Below are positions 63,895-64,000 of a DNA stretch of 64,000 nucleotides, one piece after another; the stretch's first letter is position 1, and every line of letters starts with the position of its first letter. The notes beneath the pieces were generated by a model. It did no database searches. It was given only the letters and a program-made list of their open reading frames with translations, and was not told where the DNA came from. The stretch is from Macrostomum hystrix (lineage: Eukaryota; Animalia; Platyhelminthes), in the NCBI GenBank assembly GCA_950097015.1, contig CATNEN010000019.1, positions 62,001 through 126,000 on the forward strand, given 5' to 3'. The position numbers were made by a program, and so were the translations under genes.

Positions 63895-64000
63895 AAAAAT
63901 ACATTTTTATTTAGGGTGGAAACTGATTAAAGAAGGCATTAAATTTGAAGGTTATTGAGTAGGATTTGAGTAGCAACTGAACTGAGGCACAGGAACTGTT

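Overview
Eukaryotic (metazoan invertebrate-like) genomic DNA spanning the edge of a satellite array; the taxon cannot be determined from sequence alone. Bases 1-40410 are a head-to-tail array of a ~296-311 bp monomer (roughly 133 copies by length division). The array contains local multi-monomer duplications (11-, 4-, 7-, 8- and 8-mers) and a change in diagnostic variants near 27-28 kb. The many short ORFs there are repeat artefacts. The remaining 23.6 kb contains: an internally deleted Crypton-like tyrosine-recombinase element abutting the array, itself interrupted by a TSD-flanked solo LTR with a dense AP-1/CArG/MEF2/E-box cluster; an intact 2-exon GT31 (B3GALT-like) glycosyltransferase gene; a DIRS-order RT-RNaseH-YR relic; an intact 3-exon secreted PAN/apple + thrombospondin-type-1 gene; two decayed Mag-like Gypsy retrotransposons whose LTR pairs match only over R/U5; a second TSD-flanked solo LTR; tandem Helitron-like non-autonomous units; and several minisatellites. 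All calls come from manual reading and motif recognition, with no database searches.
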